Positions 33,357 through 43,293 of a stretch of DNA of 64,000 nucleotides are shown in pieces. The translations under genes and the position numbers were made by a program. The notes below the pieces were generated by a model. It ran no database searches. It was not told the origin of the DNA and saw only the letters and a program-made list of their open reading frames with translations. Numbering within the stretch: position 1 is the first letter of the stretch; each line of letters starts with the position of its first letter. Origin of the DNA: an uncultured Methanosarcinaceae archaeon (GTDB taxonomy: Archaea; Halobacteriota; Methanosarcinia; Methanosarcinales; Methanosarcinaceae); contig CAVRJG010000044.1 of NCBI GenBank assembly GCA_963721455.1, positions 93,965-157,964 of the forward strand, in the 5' to 3' direction.

Positions 33357-36300
33357 ATGAAACCTACTGCTGAAGACTTAATAAATGGGGAAATAAGCAG
33401 CGTAGGAGTTTACCTATTTAACAGGGTAAAGAATTGTATTTTTGAAAAGGAGCCTATTGAAAAAACGGCCATCAGAAAGGCTGATTTTGAAAAAATAATA
33501 GAAGAGAAAAAAGAATTCGAAGAGTTTCCTGCGATATCTCGAGAGGATATAAAGGCTATTTGTGAGATTTTATACGACTCTAATGACATCGAATCAATAA
33601 TCAAGCAATTGTATGTGTATCAGAGTGGTATGAATAAAAGCCTTGAAGAAATCAAGGAAGATTTTGTATCATTGTTTCCCAGGACAATAAAGCTAGAAAA
33701 TGGAAAAAGAAATCTGGAAACAGGGGAAAGAAGCTCTTTTTTACTTAAGGTATTTGAGGTACTGGACGAAGGAATTCAAACTGCTTTAAACAGAGCAGCA
33801 AATGAAGGATCTTCAGGTGCTTCTAATGCACTCTCCAACCGCCGGCACTTTGATATGAAAAATGAATTAGCAAATGGATTTAAAGATGTTAAAAAGCTTA
33901 TAAGCGATGGCTCCCGACTTCTGAGAGAGCCTATTCCTCTTCCTGGTCAAATGATTGGAGTTCCTTCCCGCCCTCCGAATTATTTACCTCGAAAAGATGA
34001 TCTCAATATAATTAAAGAGCTAATACTAACTGATACTGTCAAACCAGTAGTGATAACATCTGCAAAGCAAATTACCGCGCTTCAAGGTATGGGAGGAATG
34101 GGAAAATCCGTATTAGCTGCAGATTTCGCCCGCACTAGAGAAGTTCAAAAGGCATTTTCTGACGGAATATTCTGGATAACTGTTGGATTAGAAGCATCGG
34201 ACTCTGATGCTAGCGGGAACATGAGACTGATCGGAACAAACCTTGGAGATGACCCTGTAAATTATAGTGGTAAAAAAGAAGCTGAAGCGAGTCTTTCAAA
34301 GATACTTTATGACAAGGTCTGCCTCATTATACTCGATGACATATGGAAAGTCCCACAAGCTACGCCTTTCGTCAATGCTTTAGGTTCACGTTGCAGGCTG
34401 CTTATTACCACGCGAAATGATGATGTTGTTACCTCACTTGGAGCTCAGGAACATAAAGTCGAAATACTCAGCAAACCTGAAGCTTTGAAGCTTCTGGCAA
34501 ATTGGTGCGAACAGAAAGTTGATTCATTGCCATCTGAGGCTGCAGAGGTTTCCAGGGAGTGCGGATACTTACCACTTGCTCTATCCATCTGCGGTGCAAT
34601 GGCTAAAAGTGGGATATCATGGATATATATCCTTGAAGCCTTAAAAGAAGCTGACTTTGAATTCATTGAAGCTCAATTGCCAAATTATCCAGATCCAAAC
34701 GTAGGGAGAGCATTGAAAGTTAGTGTTGACTTTCTCTCACGTGAAGATCCTAACGCCGTACTGCGTTATCAGGAATTAGTGATCTTCCCTGAAGATGAAC
34801 TCGTGCCCGAAGCTACAATTACAACTCTCTGGGAACATACTGGAAATCTGAAAAAACGCAATGTTGAAAAGCTGCTTATTAAACTTAAAGACAGATCTCT
34901 TCTGCGGCTTGACGGTAAAGCCCCTAATCGTCTCATATCTCTGCATGACCTGCAATTAGATTACTTGAGAGCGACAGCGGGTGATTTAACCAGCCTCCAC
35001 AACAAGCTGCTGGAAGCATATGGTAAAGAATGTGGTAATAAGTGGAGTGATGGTCCTGAAGATGGCTATTTCTTCGAACATCTTGCATACCACATGAAAG
35101 AAGCTGGAAGAAAGGAAGAACTTCGCAAGCTCCTTTTAGACTTTGAGTGGATGTATACCAAACTGAAGAAAGTCTTTATTATACAGGACAAAACCGGTAT
35201 GGAAGTGCCCAATGTAAACTCTCTGATTCGTGATTACGATTACCTCCCCGATGATACTGAAATAGGGCTTGTGCAAGGTGCGATTAAGCTCTCATATAAT
35301 GCTATATCAAAAGATAAAACTCAGCTTGCAGGACAGCTTCTTGGACGCCTTCTTTGTTTCCATGAAGGTGGAATACAATCATTGTTAAGCCAAGTATGTG
35401 AGTGCAGAGACGGCGTTAGGTTGCTTCCCAAAACTTCCTCCTTGCAACCACCAGGACAATTATTAATTAGAACTCTTGAAGGGCACAAAAACTCTGTGTA
35501 TGCCGTTGCAGTCACTCCTGATGGAAGGGATGTGATTTCAGGTTCTGAGGACAGAACGCTTAAGATATGGGATCTGAAAACAGGGATGATAAAACCTACT
35601 TTCGGCAGGTCGACGTTTAATTTTTGATAATTTTACTGATGGCGATTTTGAAATAATGCTCCTTACTTGTGTGTAATTGATAGGTTTACATATGACCAAT
35701 TATTAATTTCTCATACTAAACTTTAATGAAAAAATGATTTAGTATTTATATATGCTGTGGGAGTTGAGCCACCTGTTAACCAGCTTTAAACCTAATCTAT
35801 AGTTAGTGAATGTTCAAAAACGGCATCAAGAAAAATATTCTAATTTTTAATGTCGACCTGCCGAAAGTAGGATAAAAACAACACTTAAGGGGCATCATGG
35901 TTGGGTGACCGCAGTTGCAGTCACACCCGATGGAGAGTGTGCTATCTCAGCTTCAGAGGACAGAACGCTTAAGATATGGGATGTGGAAACAGGGATCGTA
36001 AAAAGAACATTAAGAGGACATGAAGGTACGGTGTGGGCGGTTGCAGTTACTCCTAATGGAAAGTATGCAATTTCAGCTTCACATGATAAGACACTTAAGT
36101 TGTGGGATATAGAAACAGGGGTGGTGAAAACAACATTCAGAGGGCATAAAGATTCGGTGTGTGCGGTTTCAGTCACCCCTAATGGAAAGTATGCAATTTC
36201 AGCTTCACTTGATAAGACACTTAAGTTGTGGGATATAGAAACAGGGGTGGTGAAAACAACATTCAGAGGGCATAAAGATTGGGTGATGGAAGTTGCAGTC

Positions 36301-37630
36301 ACACCCGATGGGAAGTATGCAGTCTCAGCTTCACTTGGTAAAATACTTAAGGTATGGGATCTAGAAACAGAAGAGGAAAAAGCAACACTGACAGAGTACA
36401 ATGGTTTGACGTATTCAATTGCATTTACACCCGACAGTAAATATGTAATTTCAGGTTACAGCACACTTAATGTATGGGATCTAGAAAACGGGGAAGGAAT
36501 AACATTACTAAGAGGGCATTATGAGAGGGTTTCTGCAATTGCAGTCACCCCTGACGGAAAGTATGCTATTTCAGCTTCAGATGACCGAACACTTAAGGTA
36601 TGGGATCTAGAAAAAGGAGAAGAAAAAACAACTCTAAAAGGGCATAAAAGTACGATGTCTGCCGTTGCAGTCACACCCGATGGAAAGTATGCAATTTCAG
36701 CTTCATTTGACGGTACACTCAAAGTATGGGATATGGAAAAAAGTGAAGAAAAAATAACACTGAAAGGGCATAAGGGGTGGGTAAGGGAAGTTGCAATCAC
36801 ATCCGATGGAAAATATGCTATTTCAGCCTCAGATGACTTAACACTTAAAGTATGGGATCTGGAAAAAGGAGTAGAAAAAACAACATTGAAAGGGCATTAT
36901 GAGATGATTGAAGCGGTTGCAGTCACATCCGATGGAAAATGTGCAATTTCAGCTTCAGATGATAAAACACTTAAAGTATGGGATCTGGAAAAAGAAGAGG
37001 AAAAAGCAACACTTAAAGGGCATGAAGGGAGGGTGTTTGCAGTTGCAGTAACCCCTGATGGAAAATATGCAGTTTCAGCTTCAGATGACCGAAAACTTAA
37101 GATATGGGATCTGGAAAAAAGAATGGAAAAATCAACTCTCATTGGTCATGAAGATTGGGTGTATGCAGTTGCAGTTACATCTGATAGCAAGTATGCAGTT
37201 TCAGCTTCATACGACAAAACACTTAAAGTATGGGATCTGGAAAAAGGAGATAGAAAAAACAACATTGAAAGGGCATGACGGAAGGGTTTGCTCAGTTACA
37301 GTTACAGCTGATGGAAAGTGCGCTGTCTCAGCTTCAGAGGATAGAACAATTAAAATTTGGGATCTGGACAAAGGAGAAGAGAAAGCAACAATGACAGGAC
37401 ATAACGATTGGGTTAGGACACTTGTAGTCACATCCAACGGGAAGTATGTGATTTCAGCTTCAAGAGACAGAACAATTAAGGTATGTGATCTGAAAAAAGA
37501 GAAAATTATCTCAGAGTTTACTGGAGATAGTTCCTTTGAAACCTGCGATATTTCGCCAGATGGGGAGCTTATTGTTGCAGGTGATGCATTAGGAAAAATG
37601 CATTTTTTGCATTTGGATAAACCAAATTAA
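33357..37630 (+). pseudogene. Apaf-1/NLR-like STAND protein (N-terminal helical domain, NB-ARC, APAF1-type helical domain, ~15 WD40), disrupted by a MITE and a +1 frameshift
   Basis: GMGGMGKS, LIILDDIW, LLITTR, GYLPLAL, LHDL; YFFEHLAYH...LLLDFEW; WD40 GH...WD repeats across three ORF pieces; frame restored by removing 283 bp and 1 nt. Confidence 0.9.
35595..35871. mobile_element. MITE, 277 bp, perfect 20-bp TIRs CCTACTTTCGGCAGGTCGAC, 6-bp TSD ATAAAA (IS1634-like ends, tentative)
   Basis: TIRs at 35595-35614 and 35852-35871; ATAAAA at 35589-35594 and 35872-35877; no ORF inside. Confidence 0.93.
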
Positions 37631-37649
37631 GACAATCTTAACAAATGAT

Positions 37650-38186
37650 TCATTTAGAACTGTTTTTTTCCAGTACCATTTCAAGATAAGAAGTCCGGAT
37701 AGAGTCTTTTTCCCCGGCGCCAAACTGTTTTAGCAACTCGAATAACTTTCCCCTTGAAAGATCAAGATCTTTTTCTGTTTCAGCTACGATTTCCACTTCA
37801 AGAAATTCCCCTAGCCCTTCTACTGCATCAAGACAGACGGTTATCTCTCCTGCCCTGAAAACGTCCCTTTGTTTAAGGACGACTCCGGCTTCTCGGAAGC
37901 CAAGGGCGTGGAGTATTCCTGTGGTAGTGGCCTCGTCCACAGGAGTTTCGAGTTCCTCCCGGGTTTTGGAAACATTATCAAGTTTGGGGCCTTTGTAGGT
38001 CAACACAGCCTGGCCGTCCAGTGAACGGATCCTGAGTGCCTCATCGGTTTTTGCAAAATCCCTGTAAGGGGCTGCAAAATAAGTATCTGATTGGATTTCA
38101 ACCCCGACTTTTATTGCTCCTATTTTCTTAAGGACGGAGCGAACTTTTGAATGATCCGCTCTGACCTTGACTTCTACTTCAATCAT
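37650..38186 (-). CDS. cyaB: CYTH domain protein (class IV adenylate cyclase family)
   Basis: EVEVK, DEALRIR, YKGPK, GLGEFLEVE. Confidence 0.88.
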   Translation of the reverse strand: MIEVEVKVRADHSKVRSVLKKIGAIKVGVEIQSDTYFAAPYRDFAKTDEALRIRSLDGQAVLTYKGPKLDNVSKTREELETPVDEATTTGILHALGFREAGVVLKQRDVFRAGEITVCLDAVEGLGEFLEVEIVAETEKDLDLSRGKLFELLKQFGAGEKDSIRTSYLEMVLEKNSSK

Positions 38187-38268
38187 AGCTTCCAGACATC
38201 TCCAGTTAAAGCCCGTTAAATCTTCAATTAAGTAATCTGTTAACAGAATCCGGAAAATCCGGATCTAC

Positions 38269-38667
38269 TCAGGCATCTGCAGGGACGAATTTGGTGCCGT
38301 AGTATATCATGCCGCGATCGCCGTCTTCCCCGAGCTTGCGGAAAACGGGTCTTACCCTCATTCCGATGTGCATTTTTTCGGGGTCGCCAACTACCTGAGA
38401 TGTAAGTCGCGGCCCTTCATCCAGCTTGATTATTGCAAGGGTGTAAGGGGCCTGGTTTTCAAAACCTTCCGCAGCTGTGTGGATTAATGTATATGTTACG
38501 ATTTCGCCCATGCCTTTGAATTTATAGGGCTCAATCTGGCCCACACGCCTGCAGTTTACGCAAACGTTACGCGGGGGATAGAAATATTCCCCACATTCTT
38601 TACAGTGGGTACCCTCAAGGTTATACCTGCTGCCGAGATTTCTCCAGAATCTTGGAACGGAAGACAT
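38269..38667 (-). CDS. DUF35 Zn-ribbon/OB-fold scaffold protein
   Basis: CKECG...YPPRNVCVNC, YGTKF; next to thiolase and HMG-CoA synthase. Confidence 0.88.
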   Translation of the reverse strand: MSSVPRFWRNLGSRYNLEGTHCKECGEYFYPPRNVCVNCRRVGQIEPYKFKGMGEIVTYTLIHTAAEGFENQAPYTLAIIKLDEGPRLTSQVVGDPEKMHIGMRVRPVFRKLGEDGDRGMIYYGTKFVPADA

Positions 38668-38673
38668 CGGATA

Positions 38674-39846
38674 TCACCTCTCCCTCGAGAAGATATGTAC
38701 TACTGCTGTTGCTCCTGACCCTCCAACATTGTGGGTCATTCCGTACTCTGCGCCTGCTACCTGACGCTTGCCTGCATCCCCACGCAACTGGGTTGTGACT
38801 TCAACAGCCTGTTTTATGCCTGTTGCTCCTACAGGATGCCCGCAGGCTTTGAGGCCGCCCGATGTGTTGACGGGAATCCTGCCTCCTATTGCGGTCTCTC
38901 CATTTGCAGTGACAATTCCGCCTTTTCCTTTCTCTGCAAACCCGAGGTCTTCAATAGCACAGATTTCGGCAATAGTAAAACAGTCGTGAACTTCCACAAG
39001 GTCGATGTCTTCAGGCCTCAATTTTGCCATGGAATATGCCCGCTTTGCAGCCACTACGGTTGCGTCCAGAGTTGTTATGTCCCGTCTGTCATGAAGCGCA
39101 ATCGTATCACTTGCCTGGGCAGTTGCCCTGATATAAATTGGGGTGTCAGTGTATTTGTGCGCAACGTCGGCAGGAGCAAGCACAAGGGCTGAAGCCCCAT
39201 CTGTTATGGGAGAACAGTCAAAAATATGCAGAGGAGCTGCTACCATTATAGAGTTCAAAACATCGTCCACAGTAATTAAGTTTTTATACTGAGCAATGGG
39301 GTTAAAAGAGCCATTTTTATGATTCTTTACGGCAACCTCGGCAAGCTGTTCGCTGGTGGTCCCGTACCTGTGCATATGCAGCTTTGCAATCATTGCATAA
39401 AGCCCGGGGAAAGTTGCCCCTGCCATGCCTTCCCATTCCCTGTCAGCCGCTGCTGCAAGAGCTGAAGATGCTTCTTCAGACCCGACATCAGTCATTTTTT
39501 CGGCACCTGCTGCAACCACGATATCGCTATAACCGGAAGCCACAGACATGATAGCCTGGCGCAGAGCAAGCCCACCCGACGCACAGGCAGCTTCAACTCT
39601 GGTAGCCGGAACATGCAGGTTCCTGGAAAGTCCCGAATAATCCGCAATAAGAGCCCCTATGTGTTCCTGATCAACAAATCGGCCGCCGCTCATGTTTCCT
39701 ACATAGAGGGCATCGATTTCTTTTCCGCTTACACCTGCATCTTCGATTGCCCCTATCCCGGCTTCTACCACTATGTCCCTCAGGGACTGTTCCCAGAGTT
39801 CCCCGAACCTGGTATTCTTTACTCCGATAATTGCTACGTCTCTCAT
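38674..39846 (-). CDS. Acetoacetyl-CoA thiolase
   Basis: [26 protein letters not shown]. Confidence 0.92.
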   Translation of the reverse strand: MRDVAIIGVKNTRFGELWEQSLRDIVVEAGIGAIEDAGVSGKEIDALYVGNMSGGRFVDQEHIGALIADYSGLSRNLHVPATRVEAACASGGLALRQAIMSVASGYSDIVVAAGAEKMTDVGSEEASSALAAAADREWEGMAGATFPGLYAMIAKLHMHRYGTTSEQLAEVAVKNHKNGSFNPIAQYKNLITVDDVLNSIMVAAPLHIFDCSPITDGASALVLAPADVAHKYTDTPIYIRATAQASDTIALHDRRDITTLDATVVAAKRAYSMAKLRPEDIDLVEVHDCFTIAEICAIEDLGFAEKGKGGIVTANGETAIGGRIPVNTSGGLKACGHPVGATGIKQAVEVTTQLRGDAGKRQVAGAEYGMTHNVGGSGATAVVHIFSRER

Positions 39847-39862
39847 TTTATTCACTCCGTTT

Positions 39863-40912
39863 TCAGGCCAGGCGGATCTTACCTTTATGTCTGGCGTACC
39901 TTGCGTAGTCGATATATATAGGATCTTTAATCAGTTCGGAAACCGTCGGAGCCCCGTTTCGGATTTCTTCGATCCTGTCTGTAACTGTTATGCTAAAAGC
40001 ATCAGACCCTGCTCCGGACCCGAAAGCAGTTGCAAAAATCCGATCCCCTGGCTTTGCCTGATCCAGAGTTGCGGCAATTCCCATAAGGCAGGAACCTGAA
40101 TATGTGTTCCCAATCATGGGAACCACAAGCCCTGGAGTAATCTGGGCTCTGGTGAAACCCAGCATTTTTGCAGCTTTGGCCGGGAACTTTCCATTTGGCT
40201 GGTGGAAAACCGCATAATCATAATCTTCAGGCTTTGTCCCGAGTTTTTGCAGAAGGCCTTTTGCGCCGTTAGTTACGTGCTTGAAGTAACCTGGCTCTCC
40301 TGTAAAGCGGCCTCCGTGCTCAGGGTAGGGCATTCCTTCTCTTCTCCAGAAGTCAGGGGTGTCAGTTGTAAAAGAATAAGTGTCCTCAATGATTGCGGCA
40401 AGCTCGGACTCTTTTCTCCCGATAAGACAGGCAACTCCGCCTGCAGCAGCAGTGTACTCAAGGGCATCACCTGGGGCTCCCTGGGAAACGTCTGCTCCTA
40501 TAGCCATTCCCAGATCGATCATCCCTGAGCCCACCAATCCCATACAAGCCTGAACTGCGGCTGTTCCTGCCTTACAGGCGAATTCGAAGTCTGCTGCAGT
40601 CATGTTGGGGGTCGCGCCTATAGCCTGGGCAACAATCGTACTTGTCGGTTTTACAGCATATGGATGACTCTCCGAGCCCGTGTACACCGCCCCGATCCTG
40701 CCGGGGTCGACTCCGCTTCTTGCCATTGCATATCTTGCCGCTTCCACAGCTATCGTTGCTGCGTCTTCATCGACATCAGGCACGGATTTTTCATATACCA
40801 TAAGGCCATTTTTAAGAGCCTCTGCGTTATCACCCCAGAGCCGGGCGATTTCCTCGATTTTTATACGGTATCTGGGAACATAAGCACCGTAGGATACTAT
40901 TCCAATAGTCAT
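39863..40912 (-). CDS. Hydroxymethylglutaryl-CoA synthase
   Basis: [28 protein letters not shown]. Confidence 0.94.
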   Translation of the reverse strand: MTIGIVSYGAYVPRYRIKIEEIARLWGDNAEALKNGLMVYEKSVPDVDEDAATIAVEAARYAMARSGVDPGRIGAVYTGSESHPYAVKPTSTIVAQAIGATPNMTAADFEFACKAGTAAVQACMGLVGSGMIDLGMAIGADVSQGAPGDALEYTAAAGGVACLIGRKESELAAIIEDTYSFTTDTPDFWRREGMPYPEHGGRFTGEPGYFKHVTNGAKGLLQKLGTKPEDYDYAVFHQPNGKFPAKAAKMLGFTRAQITPGLVVPMIGNTYSGSCLMGIAATLDQAKPGDRIFATAFGSGAGSDAFSITVTDRIEEIRNGAPTVSELIKDPIYIDYARYARHKGKIRLA

Positions 40913-40960
40913 TATTTTCACCTGTTTTTGAGTGTTTCAGGGCATCAGTATTCAGGGAGC

Positions 40961-41701
40961 TCATTCCCTGGCATAGTATTGACTGTATTTTCTCAGTAAC
41001 TGGACAATCTGGTCGAGACCCATTGTAGTTGCGACCAGAGGGATACGGTCGACTTCCGCCATTTTGACTGCAACAGGTTCGACCTCTTCTTTTCGAAGCC
41101 CGTGGAGCACCACAGCGCCGGGTTTGAGGTTGGTGACCCGGATGGCTACCAATGGGGATTTTCCGGTACTAACCTTCGTAAAGACCATGGCCCTGTCCGT
41201 ACTCCATCCGTATAGCTTCTGGAACTCGTGGGAAGAGAGTTCCAGAATGGCCCTCTGGCTGTCAACAACAGAGAAACCATAAAGAGGCCTTTCGACTCCT
41301 TTGTAGACAACCTCTCCTTCGATAAGGTTGACCAATTTCGCAAGCTGTATCGGGATTGTATACTCGTATGTTGAGTAAATGGATTTTGTACTATTTTCGG
41401 CATTAAGTATTGACTCATAAGCGTGAATTTTTTTGCTTCCCCGGTCCATATCGATCTCAAGAATGGACTCTACGATTTTTTTTATGATTAATGTTCCTGG
41501 AGACTTCCGTCTCCCGCTTTCATAATCGCTGATAACGGAGGGGGAAACCTTAAGGTAATTTGCAATATCGGTCTGGGATATCTCGAAGTTCGACCTCCAT
41601 TTTTTGAGCGACTCTCCAGGTTTTTCTGAAAGAGTGATATCTCCAGCCATTTTTTCTGCCAAACGGTTACGCAGATTATCTGAGGATTCATTGTATGTCA
41701 T
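40961..41701 (-). CDS. XRE-HTH transcriptional regulator (conserved archaeal family)
   Basis: SQTDIANYLKVSPSVISDYESGRRKSPG; STGKSPLVAIRV. Confidence 0.82.
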   Translation of the reverse strand: MTYNESSDNLRNRLAEKMAGDITLSEKPGESLKKWRSNFEISQTDIANYLKVSPSVISDYESGRRKSPGTLIIKKIVESILEIDMDRGSKKIHAYESILNAENSTKSIYSTYEYTIPIQLAKLVNLIEGEVVYKGVERPLYGFSVVDSQRAILELSSHEFQKLYGWSTDRAMVFTKVSTGKSPLVAIRVTNLKPGAVVLHGLRKEEVEPVAVKMAEVDRIPLVATTMGLDQIVQLLRKYSQYYARE

Positions 41702-41842
41702 GACTTACGTACCCTAAGAGGAAACATTACCATATATATCTAACGAATATGAGTTCGACAATTGTCGCAGAACTTTTTGTATCGAGGTACAGGGAGGTCT
41801 GTCGCAAAAATTTATAACACTTGTAAACGAAATTAGTATTTG

Positions 41843-42661
41843 ATGCCTGCCGAGTCAACTAATCCGGAGATAAATGTCTCGGACATTGTATTATATATCA
41901 ACTGCCCGAGAAAGGTATACTTTGTCAGTCGGGGCTTTGAACTGCTCCCGGAAATGAACGCTTTAAGGCTCGAACGAATGCTCCTGAAAGAACTCTCCCT
42001 GACCTACCCCGAAATTGTGAAGAAGTGTTCGTTAAACGCCGATAACCTCTATAAAGAACTTGAAATTTCCCTGGCACAGACATGTACAGACCTGCCTATT
42101 CTGTTTCCGCGAGAACTTGCAGGTGTTGCGAAGGAGATTCTCGATGAAGGAGAAGCGCGGGCAAGAGCTAAAATTCCCGAAATTGCAGCTAACCTCCTGA
42201 GCGCGCTTGAAGAATATGGGAAAGAGCCTATGCTTGCGGCACTCACGCCTATTAAAACCGAGCCATTTCTTTCATCAGGAAGACTCAACCTTAAAGGTGT
42301 CCCATCCAAACTGGTTTGTTTTGAAAGTACGCAGGTTCCGTCAATCTTAAAGCCCGGAAACTGCCCTGAGCAGGGGGTATGGGCTTCTGACCGGGTGCAT
42401 GCCGCAGCGCTTGTCCTTCTTCTTGAAGCCGAGAATGGGAAAGAAGTGCCCTTTGCCTTTGTGGAATATGTAAGTTTCGGCCTGCTCCGGAAAGTAATTA
42501 TTCGAAGCTCTGATCGGCGGGAAGTTCTTCAAATCGGCAGGCGCGTGGAAGAAATAAAAGCCGGATTCATGCCCGAGAAAAAAGAAGATAAATTCTGTAA
42601 AGAATGTAATTTCTCAGAACACTGTATCTCAGGTTCGTCCCTTATGTCGAAATTTTTCTGA
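41843..42661 (+). CDS. Solo Cas4/Dna2-like Fe-S protein with degenerate nuclease motifs
   Basis: N-terminal CPRKVYF plus C-terminal CKECNFSEHC; no CRISPR array or other cas genes nearby. Confidence 0.75.
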   Translation: MPAESTNPEINVSDIVLYINCPRKVYFVSRGFELLPEMNALRLERMLLKELSLTYPEIVKKCSLNADNLYKELEISLAQTCTDLPILFPRELAGVAKEILDEGEARARAKIPEIAANLLSALEEYGKEPMLAALTPIKTEPFLSSGRLNLKGVPSKLVCFESTQVPSILKPGNCPEQGVWASDRVHAAALVLLLEAENGKEVPFAFVEYVSFGLLRKVIIRSSDRREVLQIGRRVEEIKAGFMPEKKEDKFCKECNFSEHCISGSSLMSKFF

Positions 42662-42819
42662 ACCGGGATTACAGCATAATAGAAAAGAGGCGAGAATCAC
42701 AGCAGCATAATAGAAAAGAGGCAGGAATAAAAAGAAGTAAACTACAAGGGTACTAAAAGGTGAATTATCAAGGCATTGAAGACCAGCGATTTAAGCTTTT
42801 TTTCTATGAAACCATATAC

Positions 42820-43107
42820 TCAGCGCAAGAGTTCCACCTTGAAGCCCTTTTTTGAGCCCACTACATAATTGTACAGCCTGGCCGTGATAAGCCCTATGAA
42901 GTATCCCGAGATTCCATAAAATACAGGTAGACTGAGTACAGCCCATTTCCCGAAAATCAGGGAAAAGATCCCTAATCTTTTTGGCATCGAAAATCCCATA
43001 AAAGCAGCAATTGTTGTGAAGAGCCCGAAAACGAAACCCATTGTTCCGTAAAGGATTGTAAGGATTTTTCCGAATGCGACAGAATCGATTTCTTTTATGA
43101 CTACCAT
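42820..43107 (-). CDS. Small two-TM membrane protein (DUF3566-like)
   Basis: IKEIDSVAFGK...LYN...GFKVEL pattern. Confidence 0.65.
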   Translation of the reverse strand: MVVIKEIDSVAFGKILTILYGTMGFVFGLFTTIAAFMGFSMPKRLGIFSLIFGKWAVLSLPVFYGISGYFIGLITARLYNYVVGSKKGFKVELLR

Positions 43108-43293
43108 GAAGTTCCCCCAATACATCATATTTCTGCGTTTTAGTGATATAATTATGCCACTATTATTTTTGAAATATCTGAAAGATAAACACCGATAAGG
43201 CACACGTACTCAGAAACTTATTAAAGGAAAGTCAGGAAAACCGGATGAGAAGCCAAAACCTTTTAAAGGGGAACCCCTCTCAATCTGCATGAC

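Noticed and set aside
35878-37500. Regular repeats considered as a CRISPR array or DGR
   Set aside because: The 126-bp period is coding WD40 with no unique spacers; there is no RT gene and no adenine-specific TR/VR pair.
41843-42661. CRISPR-Cas locus
   Set aside because: The Cas4-like gene stands alone; no array or other cas genes are in the window.
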